NCBI GenBank assembly: GCA_032718475.1
Contig: JAUCBJ010001495.1
Span: 1-61,999, forward strand
Length of the DNA: 61,999 nucleotides
Direction of reading: 5' to 3'
Source of the DNA: Nemertoderma westbladi
Taxonomy: Eukaryota; Animalia; Xenacoelomorpha
Positions 52,295-61,999 of the stretch are shown piece after piece. The position numbers were made by a program, and so were the translations under genes. The notes under the pieces are model-generated. The model saw nothing but the letters and a program-made list of their open reading frames with translations. It was not told where the DNA came from and made no database searches. The number at the start of each line of letters is the position of its first letter. The first letter of the stretch is position 1.

Positions 52295-53780
52295 TAACTG
52301 TAAGTAAATTAACTTTAAGTTGACCTTTTACATGTTGTTTATAATAAAGCACATCATCATGTAATTCGTAAAACTGTGCTTCAGCTGTGATACGATAACA
52401 TTCTTTCTTATTTTCAGGTAAAATACCGTCACTTAAATATATCATTAAAGGTTTGAGTTCAACATCTTGCAACTGTTTAATTCCTATATCTACCTTTAAT
52501 GGCACTGTTTCTAGAACATTGATTTCTACACTATCTACACACACCTCTGAATCTACTTCTCGTTGTATGGTCTCTATGGGACACTTGCCAAATTCTTTAT
52601 CTGGACAACACAATGGCGCCAATCTACTCATAGCATCAGCGTCTTTGTGTTTTGCACCTGGACGATATCTAATTTCACAATTAAATTGTGTTAACCACAT
52701 CGCCCATCGCGCTAATCTACCTTCTAAATGTTTTGCAGTTAATAAATAAGTTAATGCACTGTGATCAGTATAAACAATAAATCTGCGTCCATACAAATAA
52801 GGACGGAAATGTTTTACAGCCCAAATAACACCTAAACATTCCAAATGACTGATACCATAATTTACTTCGCTCCCATGCAACACTCGTGAAGCATATGCCA
52901 CTGGTTGCGGTTTATTATTACTGTTCAATTGAGCTAAAATTGCTCCTAGTCCTGTATGACATGCATCTGTGTGTAAATAAAAATCATTATCAAAATCGGG
53001 GTGAATCAAACAAGGAGTGTTCGTAAGTGCTTGTTTGATATCAATAAATGCACTCTGCTGTGCAGAACCCCACACAAAAGTAGTACTGTTTTTCATTAAT
53101 TCAGTCATCGGTCGTAATCTATGAGCACAATGTGGTATGTAAATACGGTAATATGAGGCTAAACCTGTATAACAACGCACATCCTTTTTACACTTAGGTT
53201 CGCTCAAATCTAACAATTTTTGCACAGTTTCAATATCTGGTTGCCTTCCATTAATATCTACAGTATGACCCAAATACGTAATTCGAGACATTATAAAATA
53301 GCATTTCTTTAACTTCAACTTAATACCAATACGACCTAGGGCTTGCAATACCTCATCTAATCGATGGTTATGCTCAGAAATCGTATAAGCCCATACTAAA
53401 ATGTCATCTAAATAAACTAAACAAGTAATAAATTGTAACCCTGTTAAAGCTGTGTCCATCACACGCTGCCATGTCGGGGGCGCGTTTATTAATCCAAACG
53501 GCATACGTTTGAATTGATATGACCCTTTGTGAGTTGCAAACGCCGTTTTACATCGATCTTGAGGTGCCATCTCTACTGTCCAATACGCCGAATATGCATC
53601 TAAAACCGTAAAATACATTCGTTTCGAATCATGCGGGGAAGAACCAATACAATCCATTAAATCGTTTATTGACGGAAGGGATAAACATCTTTCCGAGTTA
53701 CAGCATTTAATGGTCGATAATCGATGCAAAATCTGAGATTGCCATCCTTCTTTAACGCAAATACCGTTTGAAACTGCCAT
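52263..53780 (-). pseudogene. pol: Reverse transcriptase / RNase H fragment
   Basis: LDAYSAYW, RMPFGLINAP, LVYLDDILV, HTDAC, LECLGVIWA, TDHSAL. The N-terminus of this ORF is off-frame. Confidence 0.92.
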
Positions 53781-54690
53781 AGACTCACTGCCGGCTCGAT
53801 AACATCCTGCTCGAGCATTGCGTTTATGTGTTTTTCAACCATAGGCCATTGTGACCTTGGTGTCCGATTCCCCTTTATTTGTATGGGTTTACTATTACCA
53901 GTATCTATATGATGTTGGACTCTATGAATACGACCTAAATCAAGATCATCCTGAGCGAATATATTTGCGTTGCTATACAACAGCTTCTTCACATTTTCTT
54001 TCTCATCTTCAGTTGCTCCACTGTCTATCTGTAACTTTGAGTTAAATTCTTCTTCTGTCCATGGTTCTCTGTACTTATTATCTTCCTCGACTGGACATGA
54101 CATTACATTATAGTCATCTTCATCTTCATCAAGTAAAACTTCATCACCAGTATTTATGTAATTTACTTCCCCCAATTTTTTATGTTTATTTATTGACACT
54201 GGAACTGACAATGGATTTAATAATTGAATAGGAATTCGAAAGTGTTCATCTGGACTCGATATTGATCGTGCTGCAGCTATGGAGTGTCGTTTAGTAAGTT
54301 TGTTAGCCTGTTCAAATAAAACTGCATTATAATTATTTTCAGGCATTGTGTCAAGTTGCCCTGTAACCAACATTCGACTTCGAGCAGGAATCGTAACTAT
54401 TTCATTACACCAAACAGTAGCAATTTCGGACTCACCAATTGATCTAGTTATCATCTCTGCTGGTATTTGTTTACCATCTATGCTATATCATCAGGATTAG
54501 TCAAATCCATCATACACCTAAATCCTGCCATTAAATCTAATCCAATCAAAATGTCATATTTACAATATGAGTCAAGTAATAGATCAACTTCATGAGTTAT
54601 ATCACCTAATTTCAATGGAACTGTAACCACACCTGCAATGTCTAAAGGATGACCTGAAGCAGACTTTGGTGCAAAGGGTGGTTGCCCCAT
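53666..54690 (-). pseudogene. pol: Protease C-terminal half, PR-RT spacer and RT N-terminus (frameshifted pieces 54478-54690 and 53666-54454)
   Basis: YDILIGLDLM (protease C-terminal motif); DLGRIHRVQHHIDTG..KKDGNLRFCIDYRPLNAVTRKDVYP (RT start). Confidence 0.85.
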
Positions 54691-54749
54691 CTTAAATTTA
54701 CTCTTCTTTTTCTTCTGTAACTTATAAAGTTAATTAAGTTATTAAGTTA

Positions 54750-56189
54750 TTAAGTTGATTTCTGCATTAGTGAAATTTCACTTCCACTGTCTATGAGAGC
54801 TTTGAATGTATTTCCTTGTATTTCGATAGAAACTACAGCCCGTCTGAGATATTGCCCAGCGAATCTACTTCCATTAGCTTTACTGTTATCAACCGAAATT
54901 CTGGCAGAATCTGCCTCTGTTGCTTTGATTTGTTCTTCCTTAATTTCACGGAAATCATCTTTATGTATTTTCAAATCATCCTGACCAACTTGAACTAAAT
55001 TACATTTCACATGTTTATTATCCATACTATTAACATAACTAAATGAATTTCTATTTGTATCTCTCAGTTTAGTATCATCACTGCTACTATTTTTCCATTT
55101 TCCTTGTGTACAATCTTTAGCTTTATGGCCTGTTTTCTGGCATTTATAACATAATGTAGGTGCTCTACAATCTTTAATTTGGTGGTTAGTTCTTCCACAA
55201 TTATAGCAAGCATTATTATTTTGTTTAGTATTTAATGATTCGGGTTTATTTTCTGGAATTCTAGAATTATATGAATTGGTTCTATTTCCTTTCCAATTGG
55301 AATTAACTGATGAAACATTTACCATACTATTTTGTATTGAGGACACTGACTGCATTCTTGGGTATTGAACATCTAATTCATATGCCTGTTGTAATAAATC
55401 TTTCCAAGAAGATCCAACATTAATTCGTCGCCAACCTCTTAAACGCCCACTTATTTCATTTCGCACATTTCCAGCAAAGAAATCTTGGAAAATTTCTTGT
55501 TCACCATCACCACTATGATCCTCACGTCGCCGCCGAACTGCAATCATAAAACGCTCTACAAATTCTGGTAATGTTTCATTTAAACCTTGCTTACATTGTG
55601 CAATGTCTGCTACAACATTACGTTTATGATCTCCTAAAATTTGAATAATAGCCCTCTTCATACTTTCATAATCTATTCTATCTCTGGGTTCTAAAGTTTC
55701 ATCTAACATTGAATGTAATCTACCTATTTTAACTAGAAGTCTATTCTTTCTTTCTTCCATTGGTACTTGCGAATCTATCATTATTCGCTCATAATATTCA
55801 CTAAACCAATCCTGGATGCTCATCTTTTTAGGATCAAAAGGAGGTATTTGCTCTGTTAACTTCGTAGAACGACTTGCCAAAGAACCCGTTGGTGCCTCAT
55901 CTGATCCAGGACCACCATCATCTCGACGACTTCTCGACAAGTTTAGCATCTGCTTCTCTCTAGCATCAGCTCGTCTGCATCTATCCTCCTCTTGTTGATG
56001 AATTTCTGCCATCATTGTAGAAAACATTTGATTTTGTTGCGGCATCATAGAATTAAACATTCGTAACATCATGTTGGACTGCTTATCTTCACCTACTGCC
56101 ATCTCATCAGCTTCCCCGGACTGATATTCATCGTCGTCCTTGCCGGTTCCGCCAACTGCTCCACGCTCATTGTCCCTTCGTTTTGGCAT
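54750..56189 (-). CDS. gag: Gag with two CCHC zinc knuckles, in frame with the protease active site; prematurely terminated
   Basis: CYNCGRTNHQIKDC and CYKCQKTGHKAKDC, then ALIDSGSEIS. A short local TTATTAAG duplication coincides with the stop. Confidence 0.9.
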   Translation of the reverse strand: MPKRRDNERGAVGGTGKDDDEYQSGEADEMAVGEDKQSNMMLRMFNSMMPQQNQMFSTMMAEIHQQEEDRCRRADAREKQMLNLSRSRRDDGGPGSDEAPTGSLASRSTKLTEQIPPFDPKKMSIQDWFSEYYERIMIDSQVPMEERKNRLLVKIGRLHSMLDETLEPRDRIDYESMKRAIIQILGDHKRNVVADIAQCKQGLNETLPEFVERFMIAVRRRREDHSGDGEQEIFQDFFAGNVRNEISGRLRGWRRINVGSSWKDLLQQAYELDVQYPRMQSVSSIQNSMVNVSSVNSNWKGNRTNSYNSRIPENKPESLNTKQNNNACYNCGRTNHQIKDCRAPTLCYKCQKTGHKAKDCTQGKWKNSSSDDTKLRDTNRNSFSYVNSMDNKHVKCNLVQVGQDDLKIHKDDFREIKEEQIKATEADSARISVDNSKANGSRFAGQYLRRAVVSIEIQGNTFKALIDSGSEISLMQKST

Positions 56190-56391
56190 CTTTTTATTTT
56201 TTTTTAACAGATTCCTGATTTTTATTAGCTATCTCTACTTCTTTATGATAAACGTCCCTTACATGTTTAGGAGTCTGCCTAGTTATCCTACATTTCCAAT
56301 CCAGGTTTAAATTAGTGAATTTATCTGCAGTCGCTTTAGTGCTTACCTTCTTTTAACCTTCTAACTTCATACAGCAATTCGCCATACCTGT

Positions 56392-56404
56392 GGTGGGACC
56401 TCCA
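56392..56404 (-). other. Primer-binding site, tRNA-Gln-like
   Basis: Minus strand TGGAGGTCCCACC immediately after the 5' LTR, complementary to the tRNA-Gln 3' end as I recall it (GGTGGGACCTCCA). Confidence 0.75.
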
Positions 56405-56730
56405 TGTAATGAGGGCCTTCTCCCTCCAACCCGGCTCCTAGCACGGCTGCTATATTTGAACTGTCAACAAAACAATACAGCAATAATAAGCATGATATTT
56501 ATTACCAAAGTATAATATTAATAAGCAGAGAATAAGAATATGTGATTCACTTAACTGTATAACAACCTACCGGTCAGCGGTCAACCACTACCGGTACAAG
56601 CAGTAACCTACTTCGTATGGTACTACAGTACTGCCTTCCTAGTCTGCTAGTATACAACATAACTACATACAACATAACATAACTGCACTCTGTATTCTTG
56701 GTACCGATCATACAGTACATTTCTATTACA
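56405..56730 (-). repeat. 5' LTR (326 bp)
   Basis: Differs from 50346-50670 by four substitutions and one 1-bp indel (counted by eye). Confidence 0.95.
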
Positions 56731-56810
56731 GTTACCGCTAATCATTCAGTCATTGGCACGGTACACCGTATTGCTGTACTGCCGTTGTAGTGCGCACCGT
56801 AGGTACCACC

Positions 56811-58612
56811 CATGGCCTACTACACACAGGCCATGACAAGGACATTGCTGTGAAATTAGCGTAGGCTGACTGTGCTGATTATGGTACTGTCAGACTGTGG
56901 TACCTAAGCTATATACTGTTAGGTATATTGCTGTATTGCAGTATTGGGGTGGGGTTAGGAATAATCCATTTGTTTTAGCATTGAACTGTTGAATCCCCTT
57001 ATTTATTATAAAACCATTGGAAATATTCGCAAATGCCGCTCCATTACTGTCTGAAACGCTCCCGACAGTCCGATGTATCTGGACCCGAGCAGCCGAGTTG
57101 CTTCAAGAGGTGATTAACGGGGAAATACTACGGAATTGCTTGTTTGTCAGTACGATTCTATTTGGGTATTTACTACACTCAGACACTGGGAATACGGCGG
57201 TCGGTCAGATCGTAATGCGGGCCACTGCCAAGTTCCTCATGCCTCACTCCGGTCACCCACCTTGGAGTGCGGTGGGAAGAGTCCCACTTACTGACTTACG
57301 TCGACGACTGGACGAATCGACGAGGATTGCGATCTGGGTTTCGTGGCGGCCCGGATCCTGGGATCGCCTGGGGGAAATGGTTGAACGTTGGGCAGACGTT
57401 ATCGCACTGGATTACGTTCTCTGTGACGTGAAAGTGTGAAGCGAATTCGTTGTCGAATTGGGTCGGAAGCTGAGGGAATTCTACTGTTCTACGGGAGTAA
57501 ACCGCAGCGGTCCGGTGACTACAGATGGATACTACTGGGATAAGCAGGTATTTCGATCGAGTTTCTCGTATTCTCGATGCTCGAGGCGGATAGAGAGTTG
57601 GTTGTGTTGGGCGGTGTTGTTCACTTCTATCAAACATATTAAATAATTGGTAAAATAATAAAAACACACCAGATATAGATACTGAGCTTATGGTAAAGAG
57701 ATAGGCCGAACTTAGGTATTTGATTTCAAGATAGAACTGGACGCAATAAAAATTCATCCCTCTCCAGGGGAAATTGGACGCAAATAACAACAGCTGATTA
57801 CTCTCAAAAATAAAACTGTAACCTGTTCTATTGTGTTTACTTTATTGTTTTGGTTAAAATAACGTGCCACTTTAACCTGCTCCTTTCCCAAAATTGAGAA
57901 ATTAATATTGAGGCGTGATATTAATTCGCCAAGATGGGATTTGCGTCCAGTCCCACCCCCCTCCTATCTCTTGATTTCACTAAAAAATAGAATACATTGC
58001 ATTTTACTGTTATAATTGCTGTATTGAATAAAATAATTAATTTATTGTTTATTAAACCGTGCTAAGCACGTTGAACTGGAGCTCTAACAATTCCCCACTA
58101 GCGGCAGACAGGAACTGTAAAAGTCTCTGTAGAATTTCTATTTAAGCAATGCTCTTAGGTAACTACTACTAAATTTCAGATGAATCTGATCGTTGGTTCT
58201 ATAATTACAGCTATTTTTACGTTTCTGTTAATTCGCCCCGCCCCTAGCGGCAGACCGGGGAACTGTAGAAGTCTGTCTGTGTGTAGAATTTCTAAATTTT
58301 TTATAGACTACATGTGTACCAAGTTTGGTTCCATTTCATCCATGATTGACCGACTTATTAGCGTTCAAACATTCCTGCCACAAACACAGCCAGAGGCAGC
58401 CACAAACGAATAAAAGCTGCAGGAACTCGAGCGATAATTAATTTATTAATTATGAAATACTGTTTCAATTAAATTCTCTACGAAAATCTAGTCATCTTCT
58501 TTTAAATATGGACCCTGCATTCATGGAAAATATAATATTTGATAATTCATCAGTCAGCCTACGCTAATTTCACAGCAAAGTCCTTGTCATGGCCTGTGTG
58601 TAGTAGGCCATG
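56811..58612. mobile_element. Non-autonomous TIR DNA transposon (1802 bp), 8-bp TSD, P-superfamily-like termini
   Basis: ~62-bp TIRs CATGGCCTACTACACACAGGCCATGACAAGGAC...GGCTGACTG (56811-56872 and ~58551-58612); TSD GTACCACC (56803-56810, 58613-58620); empty site at 60176-60183. No transposase ORF. Confidence 0.9.
57017..57646 (+). pseudogene. GC-richer coding-like cargo inside the TIR element, product unknown
   Basis: ORFs 57017-57439 and 57458-57646 are in the same frame and separated by a single TGA. No ATG start; composition differs from the AT-rich flanks. Confidence 0.4.
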
Positions 58613-58853
58613 GTACCACCCTACTACCGGTACTGGCTGACCGCGTGACCGGTGGCAACTAGCACTTCAGCACTTGCACAGCAACAGCACTACCGGCGAT
58701 ACACAGGTTGAAATTTATGTAGAGTTTGCTCAACAGTACAGATATAAAATAGTTATCTAAATTATATATATTACTATTGACAAGTATTGAAATATATACC
58801 GTTATTCGTGTTATCAGTATTTGCAACATCTGACATTGAAGAGGTGAGAGAAG

Positions 58854-59312
58854 ATGAATACCGGCACTCAACAAAACCAACGCTTATCACAGGTCGGTAT
58901 GGTTACCTCGAAACCGGCGCGACTGTCCACTCGAATACAACTTCAAAACACAAACGCCAACAATAAACTGAAAGCGAATCGAACGTCTTCAGAAGAATCT
59001 GTCATTGGGACGAAGAAAAGGAAGCCGAAACCACGGGAATGGACCACAGCTAAGATTGAATGCTCCCATTGTCAGAGTTCCTGGACCGAAATTGAAACAC
59101 CAATTGCCGATGGGCTTGATCTCTCAAACCAAAACTTCCTCTGCGGGGTTTGCGCGGCAGTAAAGATTGAAAGTCTGGAAGCTGGCATCCCTAGGTATTA
59201 TTATTATAAAGAGCGTCAGCCTGCGTTTAATAAATATATTTTAATACAAAACAGGTGGAACGCAAAGAGGCTTATAATGAAGACGAGTACTGCATTGATT
59301 ATATTCCTATAA
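58854..59312 (+). CDS. Hypothetical CxxC...CxxC zinc-finger ORF, possibly a captured retroelement ORF1 N-terminus (copy 1)
   Basis: Basic stretch KKRKPKPR, CSHC-x23-CGVC, then AAVKIESLE. The tail runs into AT-rich non-coding-looking sequence. Confidence 0.45.
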   Translation: MNTGTQQNQRLSQVGMVTSKPARLSTRIQLQNTNANNKLKANRTSSEESVIGTKKRKPKPREWTTAKIECSHCQSSWTEIETPIADGLDLSNQNFLCGVCAAVKIESLEAGIPRYYYYKERQPAFNKYILIQNRWNAKRLIMKTSTALIIFL

Positions 59313-59629
59313 ACCACCTGGCTTTGCATATTGAACGTGCGTTTGGAAATAAGTTCGTGCTACCCTTCCGTGGGTGGTAGATGTCGCGGTTATGTATTGG
59401 TGGGTGGGGGAGGGGGGGGGGTGCAGATTAAAAGGGGTGAACACGTACTGTCCCCCTTTCTTTGATTAATTGGTGGTGTGGGTTAATCTCTCATAACCTG
59501 ATTTTGTGATACAGTCGCACAATTGTAATTTGTATCTCATAACTGGGCCTCGTGCTGCGCGAAGGCCCCACAAACGTGTCGTTCTGTCGTTTTTTTTTTC
59601 AGTATTTTATTTTAAACGTTAATAACTCG

Positions 59630-61140
59630 GCCAATCCTTGATGAAATCTATCCAAACTTGGTACACATGTTGTTTGGCAAAAGTTTGAAAATTTTCCAAG
59701 TAGAATTTGCGTGGGGCCTTCGTGCAGCATCAGTGTAACTGAACTGTTATTGCAGTTATAATAAATTTATTTATCCAAATTTAAAATGCGTTAAATTATT
59801 ATTACTGTAGGATAAATCAGCTGGGTTTCTGACAAATTTTGCAATACATACATTTCCAATCTGCATGTACCATGTGTACCGGTACTGCTGTACTATCAGG
59901 CTGTACTCAATCCCTGAATCGAGAATCCTGCAATCAGTCAATACTGCAATACTGGTCAGCCGGTACCATACACTGCAGACATGCCATATCATGTAATCTA
60001 ATTAAACATGGCCCCGGAAACCCTTGCGGTGATTATAGTTTAGGCCTAATTAGCCCAGTACCGGCACCGGTAATAATAATATAATAGTTTAGATAGTTAC
60101 CACTAATCATTCAGTCATTGCTGCATTGGCACGGTACACCGTATTGCTGTACTGCCGTTGTAGTGCGCACCGTAGGTACCACCCTACTACCGGTACCGGC
60201 TGACCGTTGGCAACTAGCACTTCAGCACTTTCACAGCAACAGCACTACCGGCGATATACAGGTTGGAATTTATGTAGAGTTTGCTCAACAGTACAGATAT
60301 AAAATAGTTATCTAAATTATATATATTACTATTGACAAGTATTGAAATATATACAGTTATTCGTGTTATCAGTATTTGCAACATCTGACATTGAAGAGGT
60401 GAGAGAAGATGAATACCGGCACTCAACAAAACCAACGCTTATCACAGGTCGGTATGGTTACCTCGAAACCGGCGCGACTGTCCACTCGAATACAACTTCA
60501 AAACACAAACGCCAACAATAAACTGAAAGCGAATCGAACGTCTTCAGAAGAATCTGTCATTGGGACGAAGAAAAGGAAGCCGAAACCACGGGAATGGATA
60601 ACAGCTAAGATTGAATGCTCCCATTGTCAGAGTTCTTGGACCGAAATTGAAACACCAATTGCCGGTGGGCTTGATCTCTCAAACCAAAACTTCCTCTGCG
60701 GGGTTTGCGCGGCAGTAAAGATTGAAAGTCTGGAAGCTGGCATCCCTAGGTATTATTATTATAAAGAGCGTCAGCCTGCGTTTAATAAATATATTTTAAT
60801 ACAAAACAGGCCGAACGCAATGAGGCTTATAATGAAGACGAGTACTGCATTGATTATATTCCTATAAACCACCTGGCTTTGCATATTGAACGTGCGTTTG
60901 GAAATAAGTTCGTGCTACCCTTCCGTGGATGGTAGATGTCGCGGTTATGTATTGGTGGGTGGGGGGAGGGGGGGGGGTGCATATTAAAAGGGGTGAACAC
61001 GTACTGTACTGTCCCCCTTTCTTTGATTAATTGGTGGTGTGGGTTAATCTCTCATAACCTGATTTTGTGATACAGTCGCACAATTTTAATTTGTATCTCA
61101 TAACTGGGCCTCGTGCTGCGCGAAGGCCCCACGAACGTGT
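59630..61140. repeat. ~1.55-kb tandem unit, copy 2 (uninterrupted)
   Basis: Near-identical to the reassembled copy 1; the duplicated ORFs are offset by 1555 bp. Confidence 0.9.
60409..60867 (+). CDS. Hypothetical CxxC...CxxC zinc-finger ORF (copy 2)
   Basis: 152 aa, four residue differences from 58854-59312. Confidence 0.45.
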   Translation: MNTGTQQNQRLSQVGMVTSKPARLSTRIQLQNTNANNKLKANRTSSEESVIGTKKRKPKPREWITAKIECSHCQSSWTEIETPIAGGLDLSNQNFLCGVCAAVKIESLEAGIPRYYYYKERQPAFNKYILIQNRPNAMRLIMKTSTALIIFL

Positions 61141-61272
61141 ACAGACTAGGCCTACATACAGGAATATTTTAAAATGGAAACATGGCACAATGAGGAACGT
61201 GCTATGTCTAATGTCACCTACTAGATTGTAATGAATCCCATAAAAAATGACTCCTAAATCATTTGAACCTAA

Positions 61273-61895
61273 GTAGGTTTAAATGAACCCCATTATCAAC
61301 GGGATTCAATACAACCTATGTACTGTAGGTTTAAATGAATCCCTTTATCAACGGGAATCAATATAACATATGTACTGTAGGTTTAAATGAACCCCTTTAT
61401 CAACGGGATTCAATACAACCTATGTACTGTAGGTTTAGATGAACCCCTTTATCAACGGGATTCAATATAACCTATGTACTGTAGGTTTAAATGAACCCCT
61501 TTATCAACGGGATTCAATACAACCTATGTACTGTAGGTTTAAATGAATCCCTTTATCAACGGGAATCAATATAACATATGTACTGTAGGTTTAAATGAAC
61601 CCCTTTATCAACGGGATTCAATACAACCTATGTACTGTAGGTTTAAATGAACCCCTTTATCAACGGGATTCAATATAACATATGTACTGTAGGTTTAGAT
61701 GAACCCCTTTATCAACGGGATTCAATATAACCTATGTACTGTAGGTTTAAATGAACCCCTTTATCAACGGGATTCAATACAACCTATGTACTGTAGGTTT
61801 AAATGAACCCCTTTATCAACGGGATTCAATATAACATATGTACTGTAGGTTTAAATGAACCCCTTTATCAAAGGGATTCAATACAACCTACAGTA
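61273..61895. repeat. 52-bp minisatellite, ~12 copies, internally palindromic unit
   Basis: Unit TACTGTAGGTTTAAATGAACCCCTTTATCAACGGGATTCAATACAACCTATG. Confidence 0.95.
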
Positions 61896-61999
61896 CAGGC
61901 CACCAGAAAACGCAGATTTGTACAATTGTGAACACATTTTTTCAAATGTGTACCAGTGTAATGTAATGTTGTTGAACGGGACAATTGAACATAATTGAA

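Larger units (their letters stand above)
50346..56730 (-). mobile_element. Full-length but decayed Ty3/gypsy LTR retrotransposon with PHD-finger integrase
   Basis: TG...CA LTRs at 50346-50670 and 56405-56730; 4-bp TSD GTTA (50342-50345, 56731-56734); PBS and PPT present; gag-pol broken into five ORF pieces. Confidence 0.96.
49905..59579. repeat. ~1.55-kb tandem unit, copy 1 (interrupted by two transposons)
   Basis: 49905-50345 + 56735-56810 + 58621-59579 align colinearly with 59630-61140. Confidence 0.9.

Noticed and set aside
52453-55998. Plus-strand ORFs inside the second retrotransposon
   Set aside because: Antisense shadows of gag and pol.
57296-57790. 164-aa minus-strand ORF as a transposase remnant
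   Set aside because: No THAP, BED or DDE motifs; it overlaps the plus-strand frame and begins in AT-rich sequence.
58094-58295. Paired CCC(A/C)CTAGCGGCAGAC motifs as CTCF sites
   Set aside because: Only a partial match to the CTCF motif, and part of a short internal duplication in a repeat fragment.

Overview
Animal (invertebrate-type, AT-rich, intron-containing) genomic DNA. (1) 1-4408: an apparently intact, very young Ty3/gypsy LTR retrotransposon of the CsRn1 type on the minus strand. (2) 5296-44344: a plus-strand gene for a small, probably secreted protein with three ShKT (ShK toxin-like) domains. One intron (5559-44126) is almost entirely filled by a ~38 kb array of ~615 copies of a 62-bp unit, and that unit is a copy of the gene's own intron/exon boundary. 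Each unit can be read as a 45-nt, frame-preserving exon piece (YCEEEATMYFMYSF) plus a 17-nt GT...AG spacer, and the last unit is the true start of the terminal exon. This is the most unusual feature of the window. (3) 44.6-47.5 kb: a foldback/MITE-like element and a single-coding-exon GAPR-1/GLIPR2-like CAP gene. (4) 49.9-61.1 kb: a nested transposon cluster. A ~1.55 kb tandemly duplicated unit has its first copy interrupted by a decayed gypsy element with a PHD finger on its integrase (50346-56730, TSD GTTA) and by a non-autonomous TIR element with an 8-bp TSD (56811-58612); the second copy preserves both empty sites. (5) A 52-bp palindromic minisatellite near the right end. All calls were made by eye, and no database searches were run.
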